DNA of 64,000 nucleotides from Octopus sinensis (lineage: Eukaryota): positions 23,126,001 to 23,190,000 of the forward strand of contig NC_043020.1 in NCBI RefSeq assembly GCF_006345805.1, in the 5' to 3' direction. Shown in pieces: positions 1 through 14,198 of this stretch (the first letter of the stretch is position 1; each line of letters opens with the position of its first letter). Under the pieces are notes generated by a model. That model searched no databases, had not been told where the DNA came from, and saw nothing but the letters and a program-made list of their open reading frames with translations. The translations under genes were made by a program, and so were the position numbers.

Positions 1-112
1 CTGGGGCACCACATTGAGGAATTTTTACACGAACTATTCGATTCCAGTTTCGTATTTGTTTTAGGTTTTGAGATTGGTACTTATACTATCGGGAACTAAA
101 AGAAAACCGTCG

Positions 113-148
<36 letters not shown>

Positions 149-210
149 TGTATGTATGTATGTATGTATGTATGTATGTATGTATGTGTGTATGTATGTA
201 TGTATGTATG
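113..210. repeat. (TGTA)n microsatellite
   Basis: Direct tetranucleotide run. Confidence 0.95.
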
Positions 211-775
211 TCAGGTCACTTTCGAGTGCTACTGGTAACATGTAACCCAGTACAACCTGTTGCATGGTCGGGTCGTCGGCGACTAAACCGGCAACCCCAC
301 CAAGCTTGGCTTGGTGAGGAGGGTGTTTATTGGACACCCTGCGGGAGGAAAAACAAAACTCGTCAAAGGGCGGAGGAACTTTTGAGAGTCAACGGCCATC
401 CAATAAATAAATGTCTTAAATGTATCATGCGGGGGGACATAGAAATAATCGGACTGAATACCCGATCGCGCGGTTAAACCATTGGGAGTGAAGGACTCTT
501 AGCCTTTGTTAGGGCATCCTTCTAGGAGAAGGTAACTCGGGTAACTGGGATAACTCCGATATAAAACCTGCGACTCAGTGGTTACCGATGATGTGGACTT
601 ATTCTTCTTTTCGGATTATGACTGCTGTTGCTTAGTGAGTGGGATTGACTCAGTGCACAGCCTTTCCTCACTTTAAAAAAAATCTTCTTGCACAGGCATT
701 GCATGATAACAATATTGATTAAGCTTCGTGCAATGACCATACTCGATAACGAAGGGGCAGCCACCATGTATGTAT
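211..775 (+). mobile_element. Non-autonomous, non-coding retroelement, probably bipartite RTE-derived (copy 1)
   Basis: Near-identical inverted copy at 7099-7634. Contains a CTAGGAGAAGGTAACTC...TAAAACC motif resembling RTE 5'UTRs as recalled, and ends GGGGCAGCCACC(ATGT)n. No ORF. Family assignment is inference. Confidence 0.6.
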
Positions 776-781
776 TGTTAA

Positions 782-1123
782 AGGAGCACCACCTTTAGTC
801 GAGCAAATCGACCCCAGGACTGTTCTTTGTAAGCCCAGTACTTATTCTATCGGTCTCTTTTGCCGAACCGCTAAGTATGTAGACACACCAGCATCGGTTG
901 TCAAGCGATGTTGGGGGGACAAACGCAGACACACAAACATACATATATACATATACATATATACGACAGGCTTCTTTCAGCTTCCGTCTACCAAATCCAC
1001 TCACAAGGCTTTGGTCGGCCCGAGGCTATAACAGAAGACACCTGCCCAAGGTGCCACGCAGTGGGACTGAACCTGGAACCATGTAGTTCGTAAGTAAGCT
1101 ACTTACCACACAGCCACTCCTAC
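782..1123 (-). mobile_element. tRNA-derived SINE family A (CORE-like)
   Basis: Minus strand reads GTAGGAGTGGCTGTGTGGTAAG (A-box-like), GGTTCAGTCCC (B-box-like), GGCACCTTGGGCA (CORE-like), internal microsatellite. More than 10 copies in the window. Confidence 0.85.
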
Positions 1124-1187
1124 ATAAACAGCCAGAAGACATGCCGCTAAGCATTCCTGTCAGGCGTGCTAACGAATCTGACAGCTC

Positions 1188-1292
1188 ACCATGATGATGA
1201 TGATGATGATGATGATGAATATGATGAATATGATGATGATGATGATGATGATGATTTGGATCACGTCGACGACGACAATAATAATAATAATG

Positions 1293-1352
<60 letters not shown>

Positions 1353-1380
1353 TAATAATAATAATAATGATAATAATAAT
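1188..1380. repeat. (GAT)n followed by (AAT)n microsatellite
   Basis: Direct trinucleotide runs. Confidence 0.95.
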
Positions 1381-1993
1381 ATAGTTTTTAATATAATTCA
1401 AAAGCGTACGGTTTTTATACATTCTTCTCTCCAAATATTTTCACAGCAAAACGATATTTTCTTTTAATTTCCAAAATAGTTGCCCGAAGAGTTTATCCAA
1501 ATTCTGTGATTGCTTAGTTTCCATCAAGTTGGAAATTGAACAAATTCTTAGTAGATTATGATTGTACTTCATTAGCGTTGTATGTCTGAACACAAGACGT
1601 AGTTAATTACTGGTGGAATATAACTGTGGTAGCATAACGAACGAAGTTAATAAAAAAAAATTATGTAAACGAGGTGTGTGTGGGTTGTGTGTGTGCGTTG
1701 TTGTTGTTGCTGGTGTTTCGGCGTGTGACTTCACAAGTGTACACACACACATGTGTGTGTGTGTGTATGCGTGGGTGTTTGTGATTGTGTGCATATGTAT
1801 ACATGTACTCACATGCACCCACACACATTCGCAAATATATGTATATAGAAAACAGAGAGAGAGAGAGAAAGATATGTGCCAGTACTTATGTATATTAGTT
1901 TAAATGTAAATCTATTTATCTCTCTCTCTCTCTTTCTATCTATCCATCTCAGTATATACTTATACACGCAGACACATATATATACACACATGC

Positions 1994-2061
<68 letters not shown>

Positions 2062-2062
2062 A

Positions 2063-2245
2063 TAGGGAGAATTCACAAAAAAAAACAAAAGACGAAGGCA
2101 GGTGGTGTACAAAACAAACAGATGTATTAGTATAACACTCAGGAAGTGAAAAAGTCTTTTACGTTTCGAGCCTACGCTCTTCTACAGAAAGGGACACAGA
2201 AAAAACAAGGAGAGAGAAACAAATGTATGTAGTGGCAACCGATCT

Positions 2246-2250
<5 letters not shown>
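2063..2250 (-). mobile_element. Short HHR-bearing element family 1 (Penelope pLTR-like), between (TA)n tracts
   Basis: Homologous to 9758-9943, 15010-15195, 42361-42617, 49590-49692 and the 3' half at 35440-35537. Confidence 0.7.
2156..2191 (-). ncRNA. Minimal type I hammerhead ribozyme, U6 core variant
   Basis: Minus strand: CTTT CTGTAGA A GAGC gtag GCTC GAAAC GTA^AAAG; stems I and II pair perfectly. Confidence 0.6.
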
Positions 2251-2289
<39 letters not shown>

Positions 2290-2307
2290 AACACAGACAC
2301 ATATATA

Positions 2308-2354
<47 letters not shown>

Positions 2355-2493
2355 TATATATATATACACACGCTAAAATATTTATATTTATACGTATATA
2401 TATATATTTATGCGTTATATATATATATTTATGCGTATATATATATATATATATATCTATATATATATATATATCTATATATATATATATCTA

Positions 2494-2532
<39 letters not shown>

Positions 2533-2535
2533 ATA

Positions 2536-2691
<156 letters not shown>

Positions 2692-3661
2692 CTCACGTCA
2701 TACAGATTCTGAAACATCCAGAAAGGAGAAATAATTCGTTCCTAATTGCAGAACTCCAAGTAGATAAGGCTATAAACAATAGCTTGTAACTAGTAGGTTC
2801 AACCATCCTACGTACGAGCGGCCTTGAACTTTTTCTATGCAAAAGTGGTTTTAACCCAGTATTGACATGCTATTATTCATAGCTTTATCTGTTTCGTGTG
2901 CTAAATAGCTAAAATGAATTATTCACATATGTATATGAATCTGTGTGTGATTGAATGAATACATCTATTAGAGTAGAGTTCTATAGTTCATGTGAATCAT
3001 TGTAAAATGGTTTGCCAACGAAAGATTACTCAATAAATATTGTTGAGTACAAAATGCATAAATATATATAATACGAAATCCAGATATAACAACCATCTTT
3101 CGAATTTAAGGCACCGTGATAAAAAACATTCAACAGTCCTTTTGGCTGTAGTCTGGAAACTTAAAGACAAACGGATCAGTTTCGAAAACAAATGGAAAAT
3201 CATCTCCTAAACCAGACCCTATATTATCGGGTCCTAAAACTGTTCAGCATGTTCACTTGAAAAACTATATCTCTTAAAGAAATTGAGGACCTCCAATGAA
3301 TCGTTATAAATTCCGAGGACGAGATGTCAAAATTTAAAAGAAGACCACCAGATACTTAATAAATCATTAAAATTTTGTTTACGTCAGTTTGACATCGAAT
3401 TAGTTTAAAGTGAGTTATCCCCCCTTGTGGTTTTCTTCTTTACTTCTTTACCAGCATCTTTTGTTTGAAGGTTATCTGCTCAAAAGACAAATGACAAACG
3501 GTCATGTTTTCAGTTTGATAAATGGCGGAATAAATCATTGTTTCGACCAGGAGACCCTTCGTGGCTGTATTTAACAAGATTTGTGGTTTTCGTTATAACA
3601 TCATGTTTATTCTCATAGCCGTTCGAATGCTTTTCTACTCATTGACGTATTATCAGATACC

Positions 3662-3692
<31 letters not shown>

Positions 3693-3749
3693 TGTATGTA
3701 TGTATGTATGTATGTATGTATGTGTGTATGTATGTATGTATGAATCTAC

Positions 3750-3825
<76 letters not shown>

Positions 3826-3827
3826 AC

Positions 3828-4019
3828 TGCCCACAAAGGGCTAGACACAGAGGGAACAAACCAGGACAGACAAACGGATTAAGTCGATTATATCGACCCC
3901 GGTGCGTAACTGGTACTTAACTAATCGACCCCGAAAGATGAAAGGCAAAGTCGACCTTGGCGGAATTGGAACTCAGAACGTAGCGGCAGAAGCTAAAGTT
4001 TCTGCCAGCTCACCGCCTT
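3828..4019 (-). mobile_element. tRNA-derived SINE family B (Meta-domain-like) within a (TATC)n tract
   Basis: GGCGGTGAGCTGGCAGAAAC head, GAGTTCCAATTCC B-box-like, GTCGACTTTGCCTTTCATCTTTCGGGGTCGAT central domain. Confidence 0.85.
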
Positions 4020-4046
4020 TCTATCTACCTATCTATCTATCTATCT

Positions 4047-5207
4047 TTCCCGCAGCTCGTCTCCATGACCGAACTGCAGTCGTGGATCAAAAAGAGGCCG
4101 AGGAAGGGCGAATGGCACCGCGAGTGTCGCGTTGCTCTCAAGCAACTCTGCCGTCCTGGGTCGACCTTAAGTGACTTCAACACAACCAAAGCATTCTATA
4201 GGGGTTTAGTGGAGGGGAGGTACGACGACGAGCTCGGGGCGAACCTGGACGTCGACGAGGAGTACCTGACCCGCCTGTTCAGGACGACTTTCGGGCCAGG
4301 GCCCATGGACAACTTATAGAGATCCCTGGCCTGGCAGTGCTACCGAGAAGCGCTACCCGTTCGGGATAAGCTCTACAGACACGGCTCGAGAAACACGGGG
4401 CCGACCTGCCCGAGATGCGGTCAGAGCGACGAAACCGTTCTGCACGCACTCGTTCAGTGTCCAACAATTTCCAACCTGTGGGCTTATGTCGAACAACTGC
4501 TGTCACGTGTGGGACGAGTCGGTTTATCAGCTGAGTCTATCGTCAATATTGTCACGCCTCCTTCCTTCAAACGGGAAGGAAGAGCTATTTTCATCATCCT
4601 TGTGGCTATGGCGAAGGAATGTATCTGGTGGACGCGTCTGAAAGGATTGGAGACAAACACTTTCCTCTCTGGTCAATCTCTCATCAACTTCTTCAAGTAC
4701 CACTTGAAAAGGAAAGTGAGAGTAGAGAGGCAAGTTTTGTGTAGCGAATGTTTTAAAAAAAGATGGGTGAATGTAGCAAGAATGGCACGTATGAATGACG
4801 AAGCCACCTTGAGCATAGTCCTATGAACCCAGAAATCGAAAACAGAGAGTTGCTTATTTGCAAAAAAAAAAAAAAAAAAGAAATATAAAATGTGACTTCA
4901 TTGACCGAGGTTACCGTGGTCTTTTCCGTAGGCTTTTCTTTCCACGGGTAAACCTCACCTGTCCTCCCCTTTACACTTCATATTGACATTTCTGTGATAA
5001 CGATCCCTATTGATCAATTTTTTTTTTCCTCTCCCCCTTTTTTTTTAACCCCCCTTTTTTTTGTCCTCTTTCTCTCCTTTTACGATCCCTTTTGATCGAA
5101 ACTCCCCCTTCCTTTTTTTTTTTTTTTTTTTTTAAACCTTCAAAAGAAAAGCTCTACCTTGTAATTTGTTCTATCTGTGTGCAGCCCTGTGTGGCTAATA
5201 AAGAAAC

Positions 5208-5208
<1 letters not shown>
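4047..5208 (+). mobile_element. 5'-truncated L1/Tx1-clade LINE: ORF2 C-terminus with CCHC zf-RVT motif plus 3'UTR
   Basis: ORFs 4065-4319 and 4509-4826 share one frame, joined across a single TAG by RSLAWQCYREALPVRDKL...CPRCGQSDETVLHALVQCP. Pyrimidine-rich 3'UTR ends AATAAAGAAACA then (TCTA)n. Confidence 0.85.
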
Positions 5209-5296
<88 letters not shown>

Positions 5297-5508
5297 GCTT
5301 TCTATCTATCTATCTATTTACATTAATTGTGTATTAAGGCTATCGTTGGTTTCATGATCCGGAAATATCTTAACAATTTTTCAAGCTGATCACAGAGAAA
5401 TAGGTGTTCGTCTCCTTAATATACAAAAAAATATATATCTTTATCCACCAATGCGGTGTTGAGCACTTATTCTCATTGTTCTACACACACACACATACAC
5501 ACACACAA

Positions 5509-5540
<32 letters not shown>

Positions 5541-6039
5541 ACACATACACACGCACACACACATATATGCGTTCACTTGTTCCATCACTGAATGAACACG
5601 TACACTGCTGGGTAACCCTTAGAAACGGGCATGTCTAACACAATCCGGAAGGCTGGACCTTTAATTTGCAAGTGCATTTCCAACTGACCACGGTCCACTT
5701 TAGTTTTCGTCCACCCGCTTCACAGGACTTGGGTCCGGCTGAGGCCATACCAAAATCTGTCACATTGTAGGATTGATCGAAATCGCACCTCGTTGTTGCG
5801 AAGCGAACTTCTTAATCATTCGGCCAAGTGCGCGCGCGTACACATTGTGTTATCGTTGTTGTTGTTGTTGTGGTCGTATGTGATGTTTTTTTTCTCATTT
5901 TTTTTGAAAATGCCGCTAGAAATTTTGTATCAATTTAATTAGTTTCCTGGTTTTTCATTTTGCCGTCCTTATTACCTGAGCGATAAAACACCACAATGGG
6001 ATTACGAAAAATAAACAAGAGCGAAATCATCACAAATAC

Positions 6040-6424
6040 CACCACCACCACCACCACCACCACCACCACCACCACCACCAACACCACCACCACCACGACT
6101 ACCACCACCACCACCACCACCACCACCACCAACACCACCAACACCACCGCTGCCACCACCACCACCACCACCACCACCACCACCACCACCACCAACACCA
6201 CCGCTGCCACCACCACCACCACCAACCACCACCACCACACCGCTGCCACCACCACCACCACCACCACCACCACCACCACCGCTGCCAACCACCACCACCA
6301 CCACTACCACCACCACCACCACCACACCACCACTACTACCACCACCACACCACCACCACCACCACCACCACTACACCACCACCACCACCACCACCACCAC
6401 CGCTGCCACCACCACCACCACCAT

Positions 6425-6457
<33 letters not shown>

Positions 6458-6481
6458 ACCACCACTACCACCACCACCACC

Positions 6482-6513
<32 letters not shown>

Positions 6514-6715
6514 GAACACCACCACCACCACCACCACTACTATCACCACCACCACCACCATCACCATCACCATCGCCACCACCACCGCCGTCGCCGCACC
6601 CGTCGCAGCTACCATCACCACCTCCGCCGCCACCACTACGCCTGCTACGATGACGACGATCAACACCATCATTACCACCACGACCACCACCACAACCACC
6701 AACACCAACACCAAC
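6040..6715. repeat. Long imperfect (ACC/CAC)n trinucleotide tract
   Basis: Direct reading; it produces the Thr/His/Pro-rich ORF 5996-6727. Confidence 0.9.
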
Positions 6716-7098
6716 ATTAATATCTAAAAAATTTGAAAAAACATAATAAAAAAAAAACTAAGCAGATAATGATTTAACTAACAAAATATAAAAAAAAAAC
6801 ACCCATTTCAGAAAGTAAATTAATCGTACATTTGTCTATATTTCTGTAGTTAATAAATCTCCGGAGAGATGAGGTGACATCTAATCGAATTTGGCAATAA
6901 TTTTATTACAATGTAAAAGGTTTTTTTTTCTCTTTTATTAGTTCAATTCAACCAACTCTAAAAAAAACAGGCTACCATAAATAATGCTTTGAATATATTG
7001 AAATATTCAGCGCAGTTACGAGTCTAGTGCTAAGAAAGATGACCGTTGCATAATAATAGGCGGACCCGGTTTTAAGCCTTGACGGGTGTGTGTGTGTT

Positions 7099-7634
7099 CA
7101 TACATACATGGTGGCTGCCCCCTCGTTATCGAGTATGGCCATTGCACGAAGCTTAATCAATGTTGTTATCGTGCAATGCCTGTGCAAGAATATTTTTTTA
7201 AAGTGAGGAAAGGCTGTGCACTGAGTCAATCCCACTCACTAAGCAACAGCAGCCATAATCCGAAAAGAAGAACAAGTCAACATCATCGGTAACCACTGAG
7301 CCGCAGGTTTTATGTCGGAGTTATCGCAGTTACCTGAGTTACCTTCTAGAAGAATGCCATAACAAAGGTTTAACCGCGCGATCGGGTATTCAGTCAGATT
7401 ATTTCTATGTCCCCGCGCATGATACATCCTTAAGGCATTTATTGGATGGCCGTTGACTCTCAAGAGTTCCACCGCCCTTTGACGGGTTTTGTTTTTCATC
7501 ACGCAGGGTGTCCAATAAACACCCTTCTCACCAAGCCAAGCTTGTTGGGGTTGCCGGTTTAGTCGCCGACGACCCGACCATGCAACAGGTTGTACTGGGT
7601 TACATGTTACCAGTAGCACTCGAAAGTGACCAGA
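7099..7634 (-). mobile_element. RTE-like non-autonomous element, copy 2
   Basis: Reverse complement of 211-775 with a ~24-bp internal deletion; ACAT repeats on both sides. Confidence 0.6.
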
Positions 7635-8888
7635 AATACATACATACATACATTTGATTTATGGAGGAAAGAGAGCGAATATGTACGACAACACGAAGAA
7701 AAACAGGAAACGGAATAATATTACACCATATATACTGTATATGAGTGAACTTTGCGTCTCTTAATGTTATTGGAAGAATTCAGCTGCGTGGTAGCAGGAG
7801 TTCTTGGCTCTACGTAAAAGAAAATGCAGGATCAGTTAATTGTGATTTTATTCAACATATTCCCCTCTCAGCTTTATGTATTTGTGTGTATGTGGTGTGT
7901 GTGTGTGTGTGTGTGTGTGTTGTGTGTGTGTGTGTATCAAATGAATATCTTAAATTTATTCTGCACATACAATAACAGCCATACCAACGATCCAACATAC
8001 CTCCATCGTCAGCTGCTCCACGCATATCACTATGGTTTCGACACCTGGACAGTACCACTCAATCCGGTGGTATCAACAGCACTAAAATAAGCGTTGTTTT
8101 GGAACAAAGATACCTTAGATATCACCAGTCATTCGATCTTAATTCTAGGAAGGATTAAACATTAACATTATTAATTAATCTACAAGAAAAAACACATTTA
8201 CCCTATGTACAAAAACAGTATCGGTAAATTAATTCAATAAGTAAACGTATAACTAACCCTGGAATTATCAAACTAAATAGCTACCCAGCCCTTGAAGTCC
8301 ATGCAGATAATACTCCCACCAGTCTTCCATAGTTATTAATATAAAAGTGCAAGCGTTCATATTCTATTCTTTCCAATACACACACACGCACACATATATC
8401 TATATATATTTTGTTTCGAATTTGTGTAAATGTGTATAGAATAGTATAAAAGTTAAATAAAGTTAAACCATAGTCTGGTTTTCAGGTTTTCTATTATGAT
8501 ATTTTAAGAAAATTAGTGCTGTCATATGTAACGTAATCATCAGATTTTAAATGGGTTTACCTGACAGTTGAGTTCTTGGCAACTTTAGTACCTGTTAGAA
8601 CGCTCTAACCGGCTGAATTCTTAGAAAACCTTTTCGATCAGTCCACATGCTCTTAAACATTAAGTTTTCGCAGGCGTAAAGATATTCTAAAATTTCAGCT
8701 GTTTGGAGCATTCTAAGATGTAATAAAGTTATCAAGAACTCAACCGCCAGGTAAGCACATTTGAAATTTGATGATTACACTAAGTATGAAAGCGATAATT
8801 TTGTTAAAATAGCATACTAGAAAACGTTAAAACAAGTCTGTTTTAACTTTATTCAACTCATATATATATATATATTTAATATATTGTA

Positions 8889-8976
<88 letters not shown>

Positions 8977-9114
8977 CTTATATTGTATGTATATTATATA
9001 TATAAATGTATATATACATATATATACATGTGTATGTATATATATATATATATCTATATTGTATGTATATTATATATATATGTATATATATTTATATCAT
9101 ACATATACATACAC

Positions 9115-9147
<33 letters not shown>

Positions 9148-9713
9148 TACATACATATATATATATATACGGACACTCATACACATATATGTACACACGC
9201 ACATAGACTCACACCCACAGACGCATGCATACATATACACACACACACATACACACGCACACACACATACTTCAAACTGCCAGTCAAACACTTTTCTACT
9301 GACCATTCCTCTACGCACATATGAAGAGACACAGAACTACTCAAACGACCACCACTCCTGTTACCATGTTGCTGAATTCTGCCAAAAACTTTAAGACACG
9401 CAAAGTTCACTCATAAGCATATAAACAGCCAAAACCACACACACACAACACATACACACAATTATTCACACACACACACACACAAACATACAGACAAATA
9501 CCTCCTTTTCCTACACTCTCTTGTCTTAGAAAGAACTTTTCCTTCACCCATTCCCTTCCGGTCATTTCAAAATGTAACCACATATGAATCATTGGCCATT
9601 TTCTTCCTCCATCTTCCTTTCTATTGAACTTTCCACTGTTTCCGAAGAAAGCGTTAAAACCAGGCTGTTTTAACTATATTCAACTGGAATATATATATAT
9701 CTTATATTGTATG

Positions 9714-9757
<44 letters not shown>

Positions 9758-9759
<2 letters not shown>

Positions 9760-9943
9760 TTAGCCACAACACACATTTTTTCTCTCCTTGTTTCTCTTCC
9801 TGTTTTTTTTCTGTGTCCCTTTCTGTAGAAGAGCGTAGGCTCGAAACGTAAAAGACTTTTTCTATTCCTGAGCGTTATACCAATACATCTGTTGTTTTGT
9901 ACATAACCTGTCTTCGTCTTTTGATTTTTTCGTAAGCTCTCCC
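9758..9943 (+). mobile_element. HHR-bearing element family 1
   Basis: Reverse complement of 2063-2250; flanked by (TA)n on both sides. Confidence 0.7.
9819..9854 (+). ncRNA. Minimal type I hammerhead ribozyme, U6 variant
   Basis: CTTT CTGTAGA A GAGC gtag GCTC GAAAC GTA^AAAG. Confidence 0.6.
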
Positions 9944-9950
9944 TATATAT

Positions 9951-9995
<45 letters not shown>

Positions 9996-10065
9996 CATCA
10001 TACATATACATACACTTATATAATATATATATATATATATATATCTATATATATATATATATATA

Positions 10066-10126
10066 TTTGAGTAGTTGAATGAATTATCTTGTTGTTATGG
10101 ATAATTCGGTTAACCGATACCTGGGT
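10066..10126 (-). mobile_element. Isolated 3' terminus of the Penelope-like element at 52897-54080
   Basis: Reverse complement matches CCCAGGTATCGGTTAACCGA...GATAATTCATTCAACTACTCAA at ~54016-54072; embedded in (TA)n. Confidence 0.7.
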
Positions 10127-10136
10127 CAACTCATTC

Positions 10137-10190
<54 letters not shown>

Positions 10191-10199
10191 TCTTTATTT

Positions 10200-10625
10200 C
10201 TTTTACACTTTTACTTGTTTCAGTCATTGATTGTGGCCATGCTGGAGCACCGCCTTTAGTCGAGCAAATCGACCCCAGGACTTATTCATTGTAAGCCTAG
10301 TACTTATTCTATCGGTCTCTTTTGCCGAACCGCTAGGTTACGGGAATATAAACATACCAACATCGGTTGTCAAGCGATTTGGGGGGGGGACAAACACAGA
10401 CACACATACAAACACACACATACATATATATATATTATATATATATATATATATACATGTATACGACGGGCTTCTTTCAGTTTCCGTCTACCAAATCCGG
10501 TCACAAGGCTTTGGTCAGCCCGAGGCTATAGTAGAAGACACTTGCCCAGGTGCCACTCACTGGACTGAACCAGGAACCATGTGGTTGGTAAGCAAGCTAA
10601 TTACCACGTAGCCACTCCTACCCCT
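10200..10625 (-). mobile_element. SINE family A, full length
   Basis: Head to GGCGGTGCTCCAGCATGGCC...GAAACAAGTAAAA tail. Confidence 0.9.
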
Positions 10626-10965
10626 ATATATACATACATACATATATATATATATACATACGCACACTCATACACACATGTACACATGCACATACACTCA
10701 CACACACAGACGCATGCATACATATATGGCGTCTCATATAGGGTATATATATATATATTGAAACTGTCTGAGAAGGAAGCTTTTTATCCTGCTCCGACAG
10801 CTGTGGCGCGAAGAGACCCTAGTAGAGGATTGGTGTAAGGCAGAAGCCATATACCTGCCGAAGGAAGCCAATGCTGAGACTATAAAATAGTTTAGGCCGA
10901 TATCCTTATTGAATGTGGAAGGCAAGGTCTCTATGGGAATTCTCTCAATATCCTTTTTACTATAG

Positions 10966-11348
10966 GCACAAGGCCTGAAATTTGGGAGTGGGTAATCGAT
11001 TACATCGATCCTAGTGTTTTACTGGTACTTAATTTATCAGCCTCGAAAAGATGAAAGCCAAAGTCGACCTCGGCGGAATTTGAACTCACAACGTTGCAAC
11101 AGACAAAAAAATACCTATTTCTTTACTACCCACAAGGGGCTAAATACAGAGGGGACAAACAAGGATAGACAAACGGATTAAGTCGATTACATCGACCCCC
11201 AGTGCGTAACTGGTACATAATTTATCGACCCCGAAAGGGATGAAAGCCAAAGTCCACCTTGGCGGAATTTGAACTCAGAACGTAACGACAGACAAAATAC
11301 GGCTACGCATTTCGCCCGACGTGCTAACGTTTCTGCCAGCTCGCTGCC

Positions 11349-11350
<2 letters not shown>
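10966..11350 (-). mobile_element. SINE family B dimer
   Basis: Two body units joined at AAATACCTATTTCTTTACTACCCACAAGGGG. Confidence 0.85.
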
Positions 11351-11414
<64 letters not shown>

Positions 11415-11424
11415 CAATCCTTTC

Positions 11425-11615
11425 TATTGGAAGCACAAGGCCTCAAATTTAGAGGAAGGGATCAAGTCCATTACATCGACTCCAGTGCGTAACTGGTACT
11501 TATTTAATCGACCCCGAAAGGATAAAAAGCAAAGTCGACCTCGGCGAAATTTGAAATCAGAACGTTGCGACCGGTGAAATAACGTGCTAACGATTCTGCC
11601 AGCTCGCCGCCTTAA
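11425..11615 (-). mobile_element. SINE family B
   Basis: Head, central domain and alternative tail (GGCCTTGTG). Confidence 0.8.
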
Positions 11616-12156
11616 TAGTAACAACATCGACGACAACAACAACAACAATAATAATAATAATAATAATGAAGTCGAAAATTTTCTGAATCGGAGAAAAATA
11701 ATCAAATAAAATAAACATTTACAAGAATATCAAAAAATTACAGGAAACCTATTATTGTGAATTAGTTGGAGTAATCTAGTGTTATGTCGATAATTTGCTA
11801 AGCCAGAAATAAATTGACCAAATATTATAATTAGCTCAGTTCTGCATTAGAGACATCGTATTAACAGAGAAGGTAATAACCACTATTAACCAAGTTCATG
11901 AAGTCAATACATTAGAATTAAAAGGTGTGATTTAAATATTACGTAAACTACAGTATGTGTCGAGAAATCATCAACAAACGGAAATGATTTATTTCCAGAT
12001 AACGCTGTCAGCGTGTGATGTTATTTGAGGAAGAAATATTCAAGTTTAAAAGATACACAAACGAATTTAAGTCGAATACATACTATCTTTATATCTCTTT
12101 ATATCTCACCAAAACACAGAGATAGATAGAGATGATATCAATGATAGAGATGCATC

Positions 12157-12822
12157 AAGGCGGCGAGCTGGGGATCGACTAATCCACTGGTCCCCTGCTC
12201 AAAATTTCTGGCCTTGAGCCTAGAGTAGAAAGGGATATAGATTAAGGCGAAATGCTTAGCGATATTTCGTCTGTCTTTACGTTCGGAGTTCAAATTCCGC
12301 TGAGGTCGACTTTGCTTTACATCATTTTGGGGGTCGATAAATTAAGTACCAGTTGTGTACTGCGGTCGATCAATCGACTGGACCCCTTCCCAACATTTCT
12401 GGCCTTGTGCAAAGAATAGAAAAGAATATAGACCAAGGCGGCGAGCTGGCAGAAACGTTAGCACACCGAGGTCGACTTTGCCTTTCATCCTATCGGGGTC
12501 GATTAAATAAGTACCAGTTATGCACTGATGTCGATGTAATCGACTTAATCCCTTTGTCTGTCTTTGTTTGCCCCGTCTATGTTTAGCCCCTTGTGGGCAA
12601 TAAAGAAATAAGAAACGTTAGGCGAAATGCTTAGCGGTATTTCGTCTGTCTTTATGTTCTGAGTTCAAATTCCGCCGAGGTTAACTTTGCCTTTCATTCC
12701 TTTCGGGGTCGATTAAATAAGTACCAGTTACGCACTTGGGTCGATATAATCAACTTAATCCGTTTGTCTGTCCTTGTTTGTCCCCTCTGTGTTTAGCCCC
12801 TTGTGGGTAGTAAAGAAATAGG
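12157..12822 (+). mobile_element. Cluster/multimer of SINE family B
   Basis: Repeated GGCGGCGAGCTGG heads and central domains. Confidence 0.8.
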
Positions 12823-13154
12823 CATCGCACTTATTTTGTAAAATCAGAAAAAAAACTAATGCAATCTTCTCATAGAAGTTAATGAAAAAGTTACAGTGTA
12901 AACTATAAAAAAAGAGCAAATAAGAATTACACTCATTATTTACAATTAGTGATAATTAGAATTATTTTTCTTTTACATAAATCTATACATCTCTTTGGTA
13001 TTCTTTGACGTAAATGGCCCTGAATCGCGTTTTTGTCGAGAAATTACTGTATGGTTTCATTATTCTTATCTAAATCTTTTTCACCCCTCAGAGATTTGTA
13101 TTTAAAATAGTTTGCGTATATATATATATATTATATATATATATATATATAATA

Positions 13155-13193
<39 letters not shown>

Positions 13194-13573
13194 GTGTGTG
13201 TGTGCGTGTGTGTGTGTGTGTGTGAACACTGTAACTTTTTCATTATCTTCTAGAAGTCTGCCTTGGGTTTTTGTTTTTGCCGTCACCAGTTTGCCGGTAT
13301 TTTTCAAGATTCACGTGAAAATAAGTATTAATTCTTACAATCGAATGTTATTTCTTTATTCTGCATATTATTTTACACCATAGCAGTTAAAATTTATATC
13401 GATTTTATTCTTTTAAAATGAGTCTACATGGCACATCTAAAAGCATATTATAATATACTATAGTATATGAAATAATGATAGCATATTATGTACATTTTTC
13501 TCCTATATATAATATATATATATATATATAGGGTCATGTCATCATGTTGAACCGTTACTGCCTTCATATTTTA

Positions 13574-13635
<62 letters not shown>

Positions 13636-13641
<6 letters not shown>

Positions 13642-14198
13642 TAAATTAGAGATAAAACCACTATTAGGCAAATCAAACAGTGAAAAACATAAATCAAAAC
13701 ATAGAAATAAAAATAATTAATATAATATACAAAATATATAAAATACAAAATTTAAAATTTAAATTATTTAAATTTAAAGTTAAAAATTTAAAATGATTAA
13801 TTTATTTTTATAATTTTTTAAATATATATATATACTTTATTTTTATTTTTAGTTTTATTTTTTATTTATTTATTTATTTATTTAAATACTTTTTATCTTA
13901 TATTAAACTTTTAAGACTTTTTGATAGTTATATATATTTTTAAAAAAATTACTAAATAAATGAATAAATAAATAAATAAAAAATAAAAATTTAAATTTAA
14001 AAAAAAGTATATATAAAAATTTATACAAATAAATTAATAATTTTAAATTTTTAACTTTAAATTTAAATAATTTAAATTTTAAATTTTGTATTTTATATAA
14101 TTTGTATATTATATTAATTATTTTTATTCCTATGTTTTCGTTTATGTTTTTCACTGTTTGATTTGCCTAATAGTGGTTTTATCTCTAATTTAATTTAT
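13636..14198. repeat. AT-rich inverted duplication of a pLTR-like 3' end
   Basis: AAATTAGAGATAAAACCACTATTAGGCAAATCAAACAGTGAAAA at left, reverse complement at right; arms decay towards the centre. Confidence 0.8.
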
